Of a stretch of DNA of 61,943 nt, positions 54,523 to 61,943 are shown piece by piece. Every line of letters begins with the position of its first letter. The stretch's first letter is position 1. The notes under the pieces were generated by a model, which saw only the letters and a program-made list of their open reading frames with translations, did not search any database and had not been told where the DNA came from. This stretch comes from Myxococcota bacterium (GTDB lineage: Bacteria > Myxococcota > UBA727 > JAHDBA01), in assembly GCA_020627505.1 (NCBI GenBank), contig JAHDGS010000004.1, forward strand, positions 1-61,943. Reading direction: 5' to 3'. A program made the position numbers and the translations under genes.

Positions 54523-55986
54523 TCATGATTTGATCTGTTGTTGACGACCCAGACCTGCGCCTTCAAATCGATGCGCCACGTTGAGAATCGTTGACTCTTG
54601 GTACAACCCACCAATAAGCTGCATACCAATCGGTAAACCATCTTTTGAGAAACCTGCGTTCAAACTCAGTGCACAGTTGCCAGCCAAGTTCACCGTGACC
54701 GTATAGATATCAGATAAATACATCGCCAAAGGGTCTGCAGCTTTCTCACCTAATTTAAATGGCGGCGTTGGAGATGTTGGTCCAAAGATCACATCGCATT
54801 CCTCGAAGGCTTTTGCATAGTCATGAGCGAGCAAACGACGGACCTTTTGTGCCTTCCGATAGTAGGCGTCGAAGTACCCAGCCGACAATACATAGTTTCC
54901 AAGAAGAATACGACGTTTGACTTCATCACCAAATAGCTGGCCTCTGGTCTGTCGGTATAAGCCCTCAAGCCCATCCGTTTCACCAAGACGCTGACCGTAA
55001 CGAATTCCATCATACCGGGCGAGATTTGATGCAGCCTCTGCTGTCGCAATAATATAGTAGGTGGCGACAGCATACTTCAAGTGTGGCAGATCGACATCGA
55101 CAATTGTAGCCCCGAGTGACTTCAAGACATCTAAAGAATACATGAGTGTGGCGCGTACCTCATCATCGAGTCCATCGTGTTCAACAAAGGACTTGGGTAC
55201 ACCAACTCGGACACCCTTCAGTCCAGTTTCTTTTTCAGAGAATGTCACAGGTTCGTCAATATTTCGAGAGGTTGTATCTCGTGCATCGAACCCCTGCAGA
55301 TGATTATATAAGAGACGACAATCATCGACAGTCTTGGCAAACGGCCCGACTTGATCAAGTGATGACGCAAATGCAACAACACCAAATCGAGAGACGCGAC
55401 CATATGTTGGTTTCAGCCCAACAAGACCACAGAACGATGCAGGCAAACGAATTGAGCCACCTGTATCAGTCCCTAAAGAACCAAGAACCATACCCGCAGC
55501 AACACCTGCAGCTGAACCACCGGAACTACCACCGGGTACATATTCGGCATTGATTGGATTCACGCATGGTCGGTATGCTGCATTTTCATTTGATGACCCC
55601 ATTGCAAATTCATCACAATTCATTCGCCCAGTTAAAATTGCCCCTGCTTCTTTAAGTTTTCGTACTGCACCACCGTCATACGGAGAAACGAAGCCATCTA
55701 AAATCTTAGAACCAGCACGACACGGTTGACCTTTGTGCAAAAAATTATCTTTAAGACCAATCGGTATACCATCAAGTGGTGAACGTTGAGTCCCATTTGC
55801 GTACCGTTCATCTGCTTCACTCGCTTGGCGCATAATATCTTTTTCATCAATCGATAAAAAGGCACCAAGTTGTTCGTCTTTTTGTTGAATGACAGAAATC
55901 ATTTCTTGTGCGACGTCTGATGGGCGTCGAGCACCTGAGGCAAAATCAGTGTGACAAGATGAAATGGTTAAGTTTGTGATTGTCAT
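54523..55986 (-). CDS. gatA: Asp-tRNA(Asn)/Glu-tRNA(Gln) amidotransferase subunit A
   Basis: Amidase signature GGSSGGSAAGVAAG..GTDTGGSIRLPASFCG. 487 aa. Immediately downstream of gatC. Confidence 0.95.
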   Translation of the reverse strand: MTITNLTISSCHTDFASGARRPSDVAQEMISVIQQKDEQLGAFLSIDEKDIMRQASEADERYANGTQRSPLDGIPIGLKDNFLHKGQPCRAGSKILDGFVSPYDGGAVRKLKEAGAILTGRMNCDEFAMGSSNENAAYRPCVNPINAEYVPGGSSGGSAAGVAAGMVLGSLGTDTGGSIRLPASFCGLVGLKPTYGRVSRFGVVAFASSLDQVGPFAKTVDDCRLLYNHLQGFDARDTTSRNIDEPVTFSEKETGLKGVRVGVPKSFVEHDGLDDEVRATLMYSLDVLKSLGATIVDVDLPHLKYAVATYYIIATAEAASNLARYDGIRYGQRLGETDGLEGLYRQTRGQLFGDEVKRRILLGNYVLSAGYFDAYYRKAQKVRRLLAHDYAKAFEECDVIFGPTSPTPPFKLGEKAADPLAMYLSDIYTVTVNLAGNCALSLNAGFSKDGLPIGMQLIGGLYQESTILNVAHRFEGAGLGRQQQIKS

Positions 55987-55989
55987 CTT

Positions 55990-56277
55990 CTACTCCACAA
56001 TTTTAGGCACACGAATGAACCCATCAACATATGCTGGCGAATTCTCAATTCCTTTTCGACCAACTGCCGTAGCATCAACCACATCTGTTCGCATGGTCAA
56101 TGTCAACTCAGACGGATGCATCAGCGGCTCTACCCCATCGACATTCACTTCTGAAAGGAGGTCGACATATCCCAAAACTTGGGCCAGTTTTTCGCCAAAT
56201 TCTTGAACAATATCAGCGTCATATTCGAGCTTTGACAATTTAAATAGGTTTTCAATCTCATGATTTTCTAATGCCAT
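55990..56277 (-). CDS. gatC: Asp-tRNA(Asn)/Glu-tRNA(Gln) amidotransferase subunit C
   Basis: 95 aa. Typical GatC blocks (LSKLEYDADIVQEF..L..VLGYVDLLSEVNVDGVEP, MRTD). It is 3 nt upstream of gatA. Confidence 0.9.
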   Translation of the reverse strand: MALENHEIENLFKLSKLEYDADIVQEFGEKLAQVLGYVDLLSEVNVDGVEPLMHPSELTLTMRTDVVDATAVGRKGIENSPAYVDGFIRVPKIVE

Positions 56278-56331
56278 ATTGACCTCTTTCTCTATCGATT
56301 AACGCGAATAGGCGGAAGATTCCAGAGGTTC

Positions 56332-56360
56332 TTGATTGCTATTGACCTTTTCGGATAAAT
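56332..56360 (+). promoter_or_regulatory. candidate sigma-70 promoter of rplM-rpsI (TTGATT-N17-ATAAAT)
   Basis: Read directly: TTGATT at 56332..56337, a 17-nt spacer, and ATAAAT at 56355..56360. This would give a leader of roughly 145 nt before rplM. Confidence 0.45.
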
Positions 56361-56513
56361 GATCAATCTTCAACCTCGTTTCGTTTTATCGAAGCTGACA
56401 ATACAGAGGAAAGTGTTCGGATTTCATAGGGAAATCAAAATGCTTTCTCCGCATAGACCGCGATGGTCTAGAGATGATTTATTCGTCAGAGTGAATGGTC
56501 TCGAGGAGCCGTT

Positions 56514-56945
56514 ATGAAAACGACATCTATTAAGTCGAATGAAGTAAAGCGCGACTGGTACATTGTTGATGCAACCGACGTTATTCTTGGTCGCATGTCG
56601 ACAAAAGTCGCTACTATCCTGAAAGGAAAACACAAACCAACATTTACACCACATGTCGATTGTGGCGATTATGTTGTTGTGATCAATGCCGATAAAGTCA
56701 GACTAACCGGCAACAAAGAAAATACAAAACTCTACTGGAGATATACACAATATCCAGGTGGTGAGCGAAGCACACCGATTAAGAAGCAACGTCAAGAACA
56801 TCCTGATCGCATTATTACACATGCAGTGAAGGGCATGCTTCCAAAAGGTCCACTTGGCCGTCAAATGATCAAGAAACTTCGTGTTTACGGTGGAGAAGCG
56901 CATCCACATGCAGCACAGCAACCTCAAACACTGACTATCTCATAG
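56514..56945 (+). CDS. rplM: 50S ribosomal protein L13
   Basis: N-terminus ..VKRDWYIVDATDVILGRMSTKVATILKGKHKPTFTPHVDCGDYVVVINA is classical L13. Confidence 0.95.
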   Translation: MKTTSIKSNEVKRDWYIVDATDVILGRMSTKVATILKGKHKPTFTPHVDCGDYVVVINADKVRLTGNKENTKLYWRYTQYPGGERSTPIKKQRQEHPDRIITHAVKGMLPKGPLGRQMIKKLRVYGGEAHPHAAQQPQTLTIS

Positions 56946-56963
56946 TCGACAAGGATAATAATT

Positions 56964-57353
56964 ATGTCTGATAAAACTTACGCAACCGGACGCCGAAAAG
57001 AGGCCACAGCTCGTGTCTGGGTTAAACCCGGCTCTGGAAAAATTACTGTTAACAACAAAGATATTGTTGATTACTTCACACGTCCTGCACTTCGCATGAT
57101 TTTGAAGCAACCGCTCGCTGTCACCGAAACAAAAGAAAAGTATGATGTCTGGTGCACAGTCAAAGGTGGCGGACAATCGGGACAAGCCGGCGCAGTTCGT
57201 CATGGTCTTGCGCATGCATTGGCCCGTGCCGATGGTACACTTCGACCAAAACTCAAACGTGCCGGTCACCTGACACGTGATGCACGTGTTGTTGAACGTA
57301 AAAAATACGGTCAGCCAAAAGCCCGTAAGAACTTCCAGTTCTCGAAACGATAA
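56964..57353 (+). CDS. rpsI: 30S ribosomal protein S9
   Basis: [14 protein letters not shown].., [21 protein letters not shown], and a C-terminal ..[11 protein letters not shown]. Confidence 0.95.
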   Translation: MSDKTYATGRRKEATARVWVKPGSGKITVNNKDIVDYFTRPALRMILKQPLAVTETKEKYDVWCTVKGGGQSGQAGAVRHGLAHALARADGTLRPKLKRAGHLTRDARVVERKKYGQPKARKNFQFSKR

Positions 57354-57375
57354 TCGAAATTGTATCGATTCAACG

Positions 57376-57400
57376 AAGCGCCTATACAGGCGCTTTTTTT
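57376..57400 (+). terminator. Rho-independent terminator after rpsI
   Basis: AAGCGCCT-ATAC-AGGCGCTT hairpin followed by a T-run. Confidence 0.8.
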
Positions 57401-57500
57401 GCGCTTGTCGATCAGGCTAAACGTCTCGGTCAAATAACCGATAAGACGAAACATTTGTATGAAGTGTCCGATAAGTAAGTATCGATAAAGGACGATACAT

Positions 57501-58052
57501 ATGAGCATATTCCGACACTCAAAATTTAACCCACGCCGCAGACAAATAACGTCATTCATTGATTCACAGTTTGGAGGCCGACAAAACCTGCAGGCTCGTA
57601 AACAGAATCTTGTTGCAGCACCAGCTGTTAAGGCAGAGCAAGCACGTCAGCAGAAACGAATGCAAAGGCTTTTAGAGCAGTTAGGCTCTGCATTGCCTGC
57701 AGCGATCAATGGTGCGCTAGGAGCTAGTTTAGCTTTTCTACAGTCTCAAAGTCCTGTTGTCCTTTTTGTACCTGGAGCAGCAGTTATCTCCGGTTATTTG
57801 TCGTCACTTTCTTCAATTGACTTTGTAAATCAAGAAGTCAGCAATCAAAAACAGAGACCTGATGCTCAAACAGAACGGCGACAAACGACACCACTGAATG
57901 GTCAAGATATCTCTAATACCCTCGGACAATCTCTGAATACTGAAGAGCTTAAATCAGCGGCACAGGCAATAGAGAAACGGATATGGGATGTTGAGCCAAC
58001 ACTCGGAGAGACTGTCGATCTCATCAACTACAAAAGCAATCTAGAAGGTTAA
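57501..58052 (+). CDS. hypothetical protein
   Basis: 183-aa ORF. Basic N-terminus and one hydrophobic segment (SPVVLFVPGAAVISGYLSSL). No motif. Confidence 0.55.
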   Translation: MSIFRHSKFNPRRRQITSFIDSQFGGRQNLQARKQNLVAAPAVKAEQARQQKRMQRLLEQLGSALPAAINGALGASLAFLQSQSPVVLFVPGAAVISGYLSSLSSIDFVNQEVSNQKQRPDAQTERRQTTPLNGQDISNTLGQSLNTEELKSAAQAIEKRIWDVEPTLGETVDLINYKSNLEG

Positions 58053-58053
58053 T

Positions 58054-58647
58054 CTACTTCTTCGCGACCTGAATCCCGTCGGCCATGCGTTCAACCATGA
58101 ACTCAACCCGACGGTTTTTTGTGCGTCCATCTAGGGTTGCGTTCGAAGCGATCGGTTGATTCTCGCCATACCCAATTGTCAATAGACGCTCCGCTTCAAC
58201 ACCTTGATCCACTAAATAAGCACTCAAGCTTTCAGCTCTCTTTTGCGACAGCTTTAGGTTATCAGCTTTTGTTCCACGACTATCTGTGTGTCCTTCAATA
58301 CGAACCATATCGATCTCAGTATGGGCTTTCATTAAAGATGCGACTTGGTTCAACAAATTAAATGAAGACACATCGATAACACTTGTACCTGGTTTAAAAT
58401 GAATTTGCTCTTTGATTTCAATTTTCTCTGGTGTGAGTGAAACAAGTAACTCTGCTTTATCAGGGCAGCCATCTGTATCATCAAATCCATTCAATGTTTC
58501 TGGTTCATCAGGACATAAATCTTCTTCTCCAATATAGCCATCGCGATCTGGATCCAAACGTGCCATTTTTTCTTGATATGTCTCAGCCATCGCATTCAGC
58601 GATAGAAACATGATCAACAGTATTGAATAGCCTGTCTTTCCCTTCAT
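58054..58647 (-). CDS. OmpA-family peptidoglycan-binding protein (short form)
   Basis: Signal peptide, one TSP3-like acidic Cys motif (DPDRDGYIGEEDLCPDEPE..DDTDGCPD), then the OmpA_C domain (RIEGHTDSRGTKADNLKLSQKRAES...NRRVEF). Confidence 0.85.
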   Translation of the reverse strand: MKGKTGYSILLIMFLSLNAMAETYQEKMARLDPDRDGYIGEEDLCPDEPETLNGFDDTDGCPDKAELLVSLTPEKIEIKEQIHFKPGTSVIDVSSFNLLNQVASLMKAHTEIDMVRIEGHTDSRGTKADNLKLSQKRAESLSAYLVDQGVEAERLLTIGYGENQPIASNATLDGRTKNRRVEFMVERMADGIQVAKK

Positions 58648-58715
58648 ATATCTATTATCTCAGTCATTAAATAATACATCAAATAAGACTGTTTTTTGAC
58701 TCACTATAATACAAT

Positions 58716-58747
58716 AAAAAAGGCCCCCGTTCGGGAGCCTCTTTTTT
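58716..58747 (-). terminator. Rho-independent terminator after 58762..60660
   Basis: AGGCTCCCGAACGGGGGCCT hairpin (minus-strand reading, one G-U pair) followed by T5. T6 on the + side makes it potentially bidirectional. Confidence 0.75.
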
Positions 58748-58761
58748 AGTCGCTATTCTAG

Positions 58762-60660
58762 TTACTTAACGACTTTCGCCTCTTGTGGTACTTGCTCGGC
58801 AACAAAGAAGTCTACACGACGGTTTTGCTGACGACCTGTTTTGGTCTTGTTATCAGCGATTGGTCGTGTCTCACCATAACCTTCACTCACAAGATGGTCA
58901 GCTGCAACACCTTTTGATATCAGGTATTCCATCACAGCAGCTGCACGGCTTTTCGAAAGCCTCAAGTTATAGCTGTCTTTACCACGGCTATCTGTATGAC
59001 CTTCAATACGAACCTTAAGTATTTCCGGATGCGCCTTCAGAATCGCTGCAACTTGGTTCAATAGGTTGAATGAACGAGATTGGATCGCACTCTTGCCTGT
59101 CTTAAAGTAAACAGACTCGCGAATATCAATCTTATCGGCTTTCAATTCAACCAGTGTCTTACCTTTGTCTGGACAACCATCATCATCTTTCACACCATTG
59201 ATGACTTCAGCTTCTTTTGGACACTTATCTTGGTTGTCAGGGAAACCGTCACCATCTGTATCAGGACAGCCTCCGAACATGCGTGGACCAGCTTCTTCTG
59301 GGCACTTATCTTCAGCGTCTTCAAGTCCGTCACCATCTTTATCAGGGATTGGACAACCATCACGTGCAGGAACACCTTTTTCATCAGGACACTTATCATC
59401 TGTATCAAGGATGCCGTCTTCATCACGGTCAACAACAGGACAACCATCACGCTCTTTGACACCTGCAACAACAGGACACTTGTCTTCAACATCTAAGATA
59501 CCATCTTGGTCATTATCAACATCAGGACAGCCATCTTCATCTTCGAAACCATCGACGTCTTCTTTCTCATTTGGACATTTGTCATCTTTATCAAGAATCG
59601 CATCACCATCGTTATCAGTATCTGGGCAACCATCTTCATCTTCAAACTCGTCTCGATCTTCAGCATCCTCTGGACACTTATCATCTGCATCACAGAGTCC
59701 ATCTTTATCGCTATCAGCACAACCTCGTGGAGAATATCTAACACCGGCAAAGAGACGCCAATCAGGTGTACCTGGCCCCGCAATCAAACCTGCGCCAGCA
59801 CCGGCAAAGCCTTGCCATTTTTCATCAAAGTCTTTGTGGACACCTACATTTGCTTCAACAGCATTCTCATACTTAACATTGTCATCAAAGAAGTCTGGAT
59901 AAAATTGGAATGAGCCACGGATACTACCGTCAAGTCCCCAATCTTGGGTCTCACCAAAATTCTTTCCAACACCAAAACGTGCATCGATATTTTGACCAAT
60001 ATCTAAGTTCGCAACCTGATAAGATGATCTAAAGTTCGCACCCACATTTGCTGCCCATCGGAAACCACTATCATATCGACGAGACAAAAGTACTGCTGGT
60101 TCAATCCAAAAGTTCTCTCCACCCATGTAATTGTCTTGTGTTGTTGCACTTGGGAAAACCAAATTCGCTTGAACGGCAAGATTAACACCTGATTTTTCGG
60201 CAGATAATAGCCGGAATTTCGGCAACACACGAATATCGCCAAGACCGAAACCTGTTAGGTTTGTGACCTGGTTCGACGGAATGATGGAATTTAGATTTGA
60301 TGTCTCACCATCTTGCCATAGAATCAGTGGGACTTCGACGCCTAGCTGCATCCAATCAAGAATCGAATATGCAAAAGTTAAGCTTGTCCCAATTCGATCT
60401 GAAACCAAACGGTTGACACGCACGCTATCATCATCACGTTCAGCGATGACAAGAGGGTCGTTTGCATACCAAAACCATAGACCGAGATCAAAGTTCCCAT
60501 TTGTCCCTAAGTCAGCAGACTCAACATCAATAATACCCTCTTTCGTCAGTGAGGGTCGCATGGTTTCAGCGTTAATTGCACCAACCGACCTTGAATTCGT
60601 TTGTGCACTTAAAGGCAGTGCCATCATCAAAAGTGTTAGAACACTTATCAGTTTCTTCAT
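58762..60660 (-). CDS. OmpA-family outer-membrane protein: N-terminal barrel, thrombospondin-type-3 repeat linker, OmpA_C domain
   Basis: Signal peptide (LLMMALPLSAQ). A ~300-aa beta-strand region. About seven D-x-D-x-DG-x2-D-x2-DKCP repeats. C-terminal RIEGHTDSRGKDSYNLRLSKSRAAAV...NRRVDF. Confidence 0.9.
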   Translation of the reverse strand: MKKLISVLTLLMMALPLSAQTNSRSVGAINAETMRPSLTKEGIIDVESADLGTNGNFDLGLWFWYANDPLVIAERDDDSVRVNRLVSDRIGTSLTFAYSILDWMQLGVEVPLILWQDGETSNLNSIIPSNQVTNLTGFGLGDIRVLPKFRLLSAEKSGVNLAVQANLVFPSATTQDNYMGGENFWIEPAVLLSRRYDSGFRWAANVGANFRSSYQVANLDIGQNIDARFGVGKNFGETQDWGLDGSIRGSFQFYPDFFDDNVKYENAVEANVGVHKDFDEKWQGFAGAGAGLIAGPGTPDWRLFAGVRYSPRGCADSDKDGLCDADDKCPEDAEDRDEFEDEDGCPDTDNDGDAILDKDDKCPNEKEDVDGFEDEDGCPDVDNDQDGILDVEDKCPVVAGVKERDGCPVVDRDEDGILDTDDKCPDEKGVPARDGCPIPDKDGDGLEDAEDKCPEEAGPRMFGGCPDTDGDGFPDNQDKCPKEAEVINGVKDDDGCPDKGKTLVELKADKIDIRESVYFKTGKSAIQSRSFNLLNQVAAILKAHPEILKVRIEGHTDSRGKDSYNLRLSKSRAAAVMEYLISKGVAADHLVSEGYGETRPIADNKTKTGRQQNRRVDFFVAEQVPQEAKVVK

Positions 60661-60740
60661 TATTTATCCTCCGTAATCTTAATAACGATTTAAGATATAA
60701 CGTCTCCAATTAAAGTCAAAGTTTCTATCAAAAATAATCA

Positions 60741-60764
60741 AAAAAACCACCCGAATGGGTGGTT
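60741..60764 (-). terminator. Rho-independent terminator after the 60787.. gene
   Basis: AACCACCC-(4 nt)-GGGTGGTT hairpin. On the minus strand it is followed by T6. Confidence 0.75.
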
Positions 60765-60786
60765 CTTTATCTAAGCTCTCTGAGAC

Positions 60787-61943
60787 CTAGTCTCTTCGGC
60801 GTCTTATGCCAAACAAACCAAGCAACAGTAGTGCCAATGGTGCGGATGGTGTACCTGCATTCGAGCAACCTGACAAGCTACCACCAAGTACGACAAAGTC
60901 ATCATCAATACCATTCTCCAAGCCTGGATGACACTCGCCATCACTGCCACAGAACTCATTCAAACCACAACGGTCACTACAATCACCCTGTACATTCGGA
61001 TCGAAGCACTCTCGTGTATCCGCCAAACACACTTCTCCATCCGCACAATCCAAGGTACTTGAACAACCTGCCAAGCAAGTGCCATCACTCCCACAGAACT
61101 GACCGTCTGCGCAATCACTATCGATTGTACAACCAACACAGCTTGGGGAACCCGTGTCTGGATCGCAACCATCTAATGGATTCCAACCACTTGTCACCTC
61201 TGTCCCATCATCAACGGTATCACCATCGGTATCAGCCACTTCTGGGTCTGTACCAATCGCTGCTTCTTCGTCATTCGTCAAGCCATCACCATCTTGGTCA
61301 CAGCCACCAAAAGCAACACTCGGCGAACACGCATCACGTGGATCACTACCACCTTCACGCTCTTCGCCATTCGTAAGACCATCACCGTCCGCATCACACA
61401 TATCTGCATCATCACTCGGATTACATGGGTCAAGTGGATCAGAACCACGGAGGTCTTCTTCACCATCTGAGACGCCATCACCATCAGTATCTGGGTTGAA
61501 TGGGTCAGTGTTATCAGCCACTTCTTCAACATTTGTCAAACCATCACCATCCGCATCACAGTTGTCCGCATCGATGTTTGGAACACATGGATTCATCGGC
61601 TCATCATCAACAACATCCGGCGTGCCATCACCATCCATATCAGCGGTATCACCAACACAGATTGGCTCGATATCAATCACACCATCACAAATACCATCAT
61701 CATTTGTATCTGGGTCTGTTGGATCTGTACCTGTGCCACCATCAAGGACCTCTGTCCCATCAAGTAGACCATCACCATCGGTATCTGGATTGTTCGGATC
61801 TGATTCACCATCATCAACAACACCATTGCCATTTGGATCTTCTTCACCATTCGTCAAACCATCACCATCTGCATCACAAGCTGCAGCTGTGTTGTCAGGA
61901 TCACATGGGTCGAGTGGGTCTGATGTCACAATATTGCCTTCAC
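60787..61943 (-). CDS. TSP3-repeat cysteine-rich exoprotein with a MYXO-CTERM-like tail (5'-truncated by the window end)
   Basis: The frame is open to the last base of the window, and the track M at 61929 is an internal GTG. It has repeated [13 protein letters not shown]..DPxxPDTDGDG modules. A Cys-rich C-terminal region follows. The tail is [32 protein letters not shown]. Confidence 0.85.
   Translation of the reverse strand, partial: EGNIVTSDPLDPCDPDNTAAACDADGDGLTNGEEDPNGNGVVDDGESDPNNPDTDGDGLLDGTEVLDGGTGTDPTDPDTNDDGICDGVIDIEPICVGDTADMDGDGTPDVVDDEPMNPCVPNIDADNCDADGDGLTNVEEVADNTDPFNPDTDGDGVSDGEEDLRGSDPLDPCNPSDDADMCDADGDGLTNGEEREGGSDPRDACSPSVAFGGCDQDGDGLTNDEEAAIGTDPEVADTDGDTVDDGTEVTSGWNPLDGCDPDTGSPSCVGCTIDSDCADGQFCGSDGTCLAGCSSTLDCADGEVCLADTRECFDPNVQGDCSDRCGLNEFCGSDGECHPGLENGIDDDFVVLGGSLSGCSNAGTPSAPLALLLLGLFGIRRRRD

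Noticed and set aside
59080-59913. + strand and alternative-frame ORFs (59080..59496, 59165..59902, 59506..59913 and others) within the OmpA gene, and 60759..61376 within the last gene.
   Set aside because: They are antisense or shifted translations of the TSP3 repeat DNA. They are low-complexity, and the sense frames carry OmpA_C and sorting-signal motifs.
1-61943. A search by eye for CRISPR arrays, rRNA/tRNA genes, transposases, integrases, phage genes, reverse transcriptases and toxin-antitoxin pairs.
   Set aside because: I found no direct-repeat/spacer pattern, no conserved rRNA/tRNA strings and no DDE, tyrosine-recombinase or RT motifs in any ORF. Absence cannot be proven without tools.

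Overview
This 61.9-kb window is a chromosomal stretch of a Gram-negative bacterium. GC is modest: hand counts of a few 60-nt lines give about 43% in housekeeping genes, and nothing was computed globally. I count about 60 protein-coding genes. I saw no rRNA, tRNA, CRISPR array, transposase or integrase by eye.

Housekeeping backbone: rmuC, pssA, a PaaI-type thioesterase, an RlmM-like methyltransferase, an erpA-like Fe-S carrier, and yacG (57 aa, below the ORF-track cutoff). Also a TonB-dependent receptor, an RNB ribonuclease, an ECF sigma factor, tlyA, selO, rseP, gdhA, rlmH, rsfS, a class A PBP, a HIT protein, gatC-gatA and rplM-rpsI.

Lineage hints point to a Myxococcota/Bdellovibrionota-like background, which is inference only. 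They are a FrzS-like pseudo-receiver/coiled-coil protein, a DUF4388-like protein, MYXO-CTERM-like C-terminal tails, and an OmpA porin with a thrombospondin-type-3 linker.

The striking accessory content is a dense set of secreted, acidic, cysteine-rich proteins (at least eight genes). The largest is a ~1,376-aa exoprotein (35389..39519). It carries four arrays of an exactly 12-residue two-cysteine repeat that I cannot assign to any named family. These are followed by ~113-aa calcium-binding-type modules and a sorting-signal tail. I consider this the best candidate for something undescribed.

Other candidates:
- A tightly coupled ECF sigma / non-canonical anti-sigma operon whose apparent cargo is an internally duplicated Cys-rich protein.
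- A TonB-dependent receptor with a TonB C-terminal-like domain fused to its own N-terminus.
- A three-gene CXXCH/beta-barrel cassette behind an 18-bp perfect palindrome.
- A low-GC DUF4116-repeat gene.
- A possibly frameshifted PEGA-like gene.

All functional calls come from motif recognition by eye; no database search or computation was possible. Coordinates of small hairpins may be off by a base or two.
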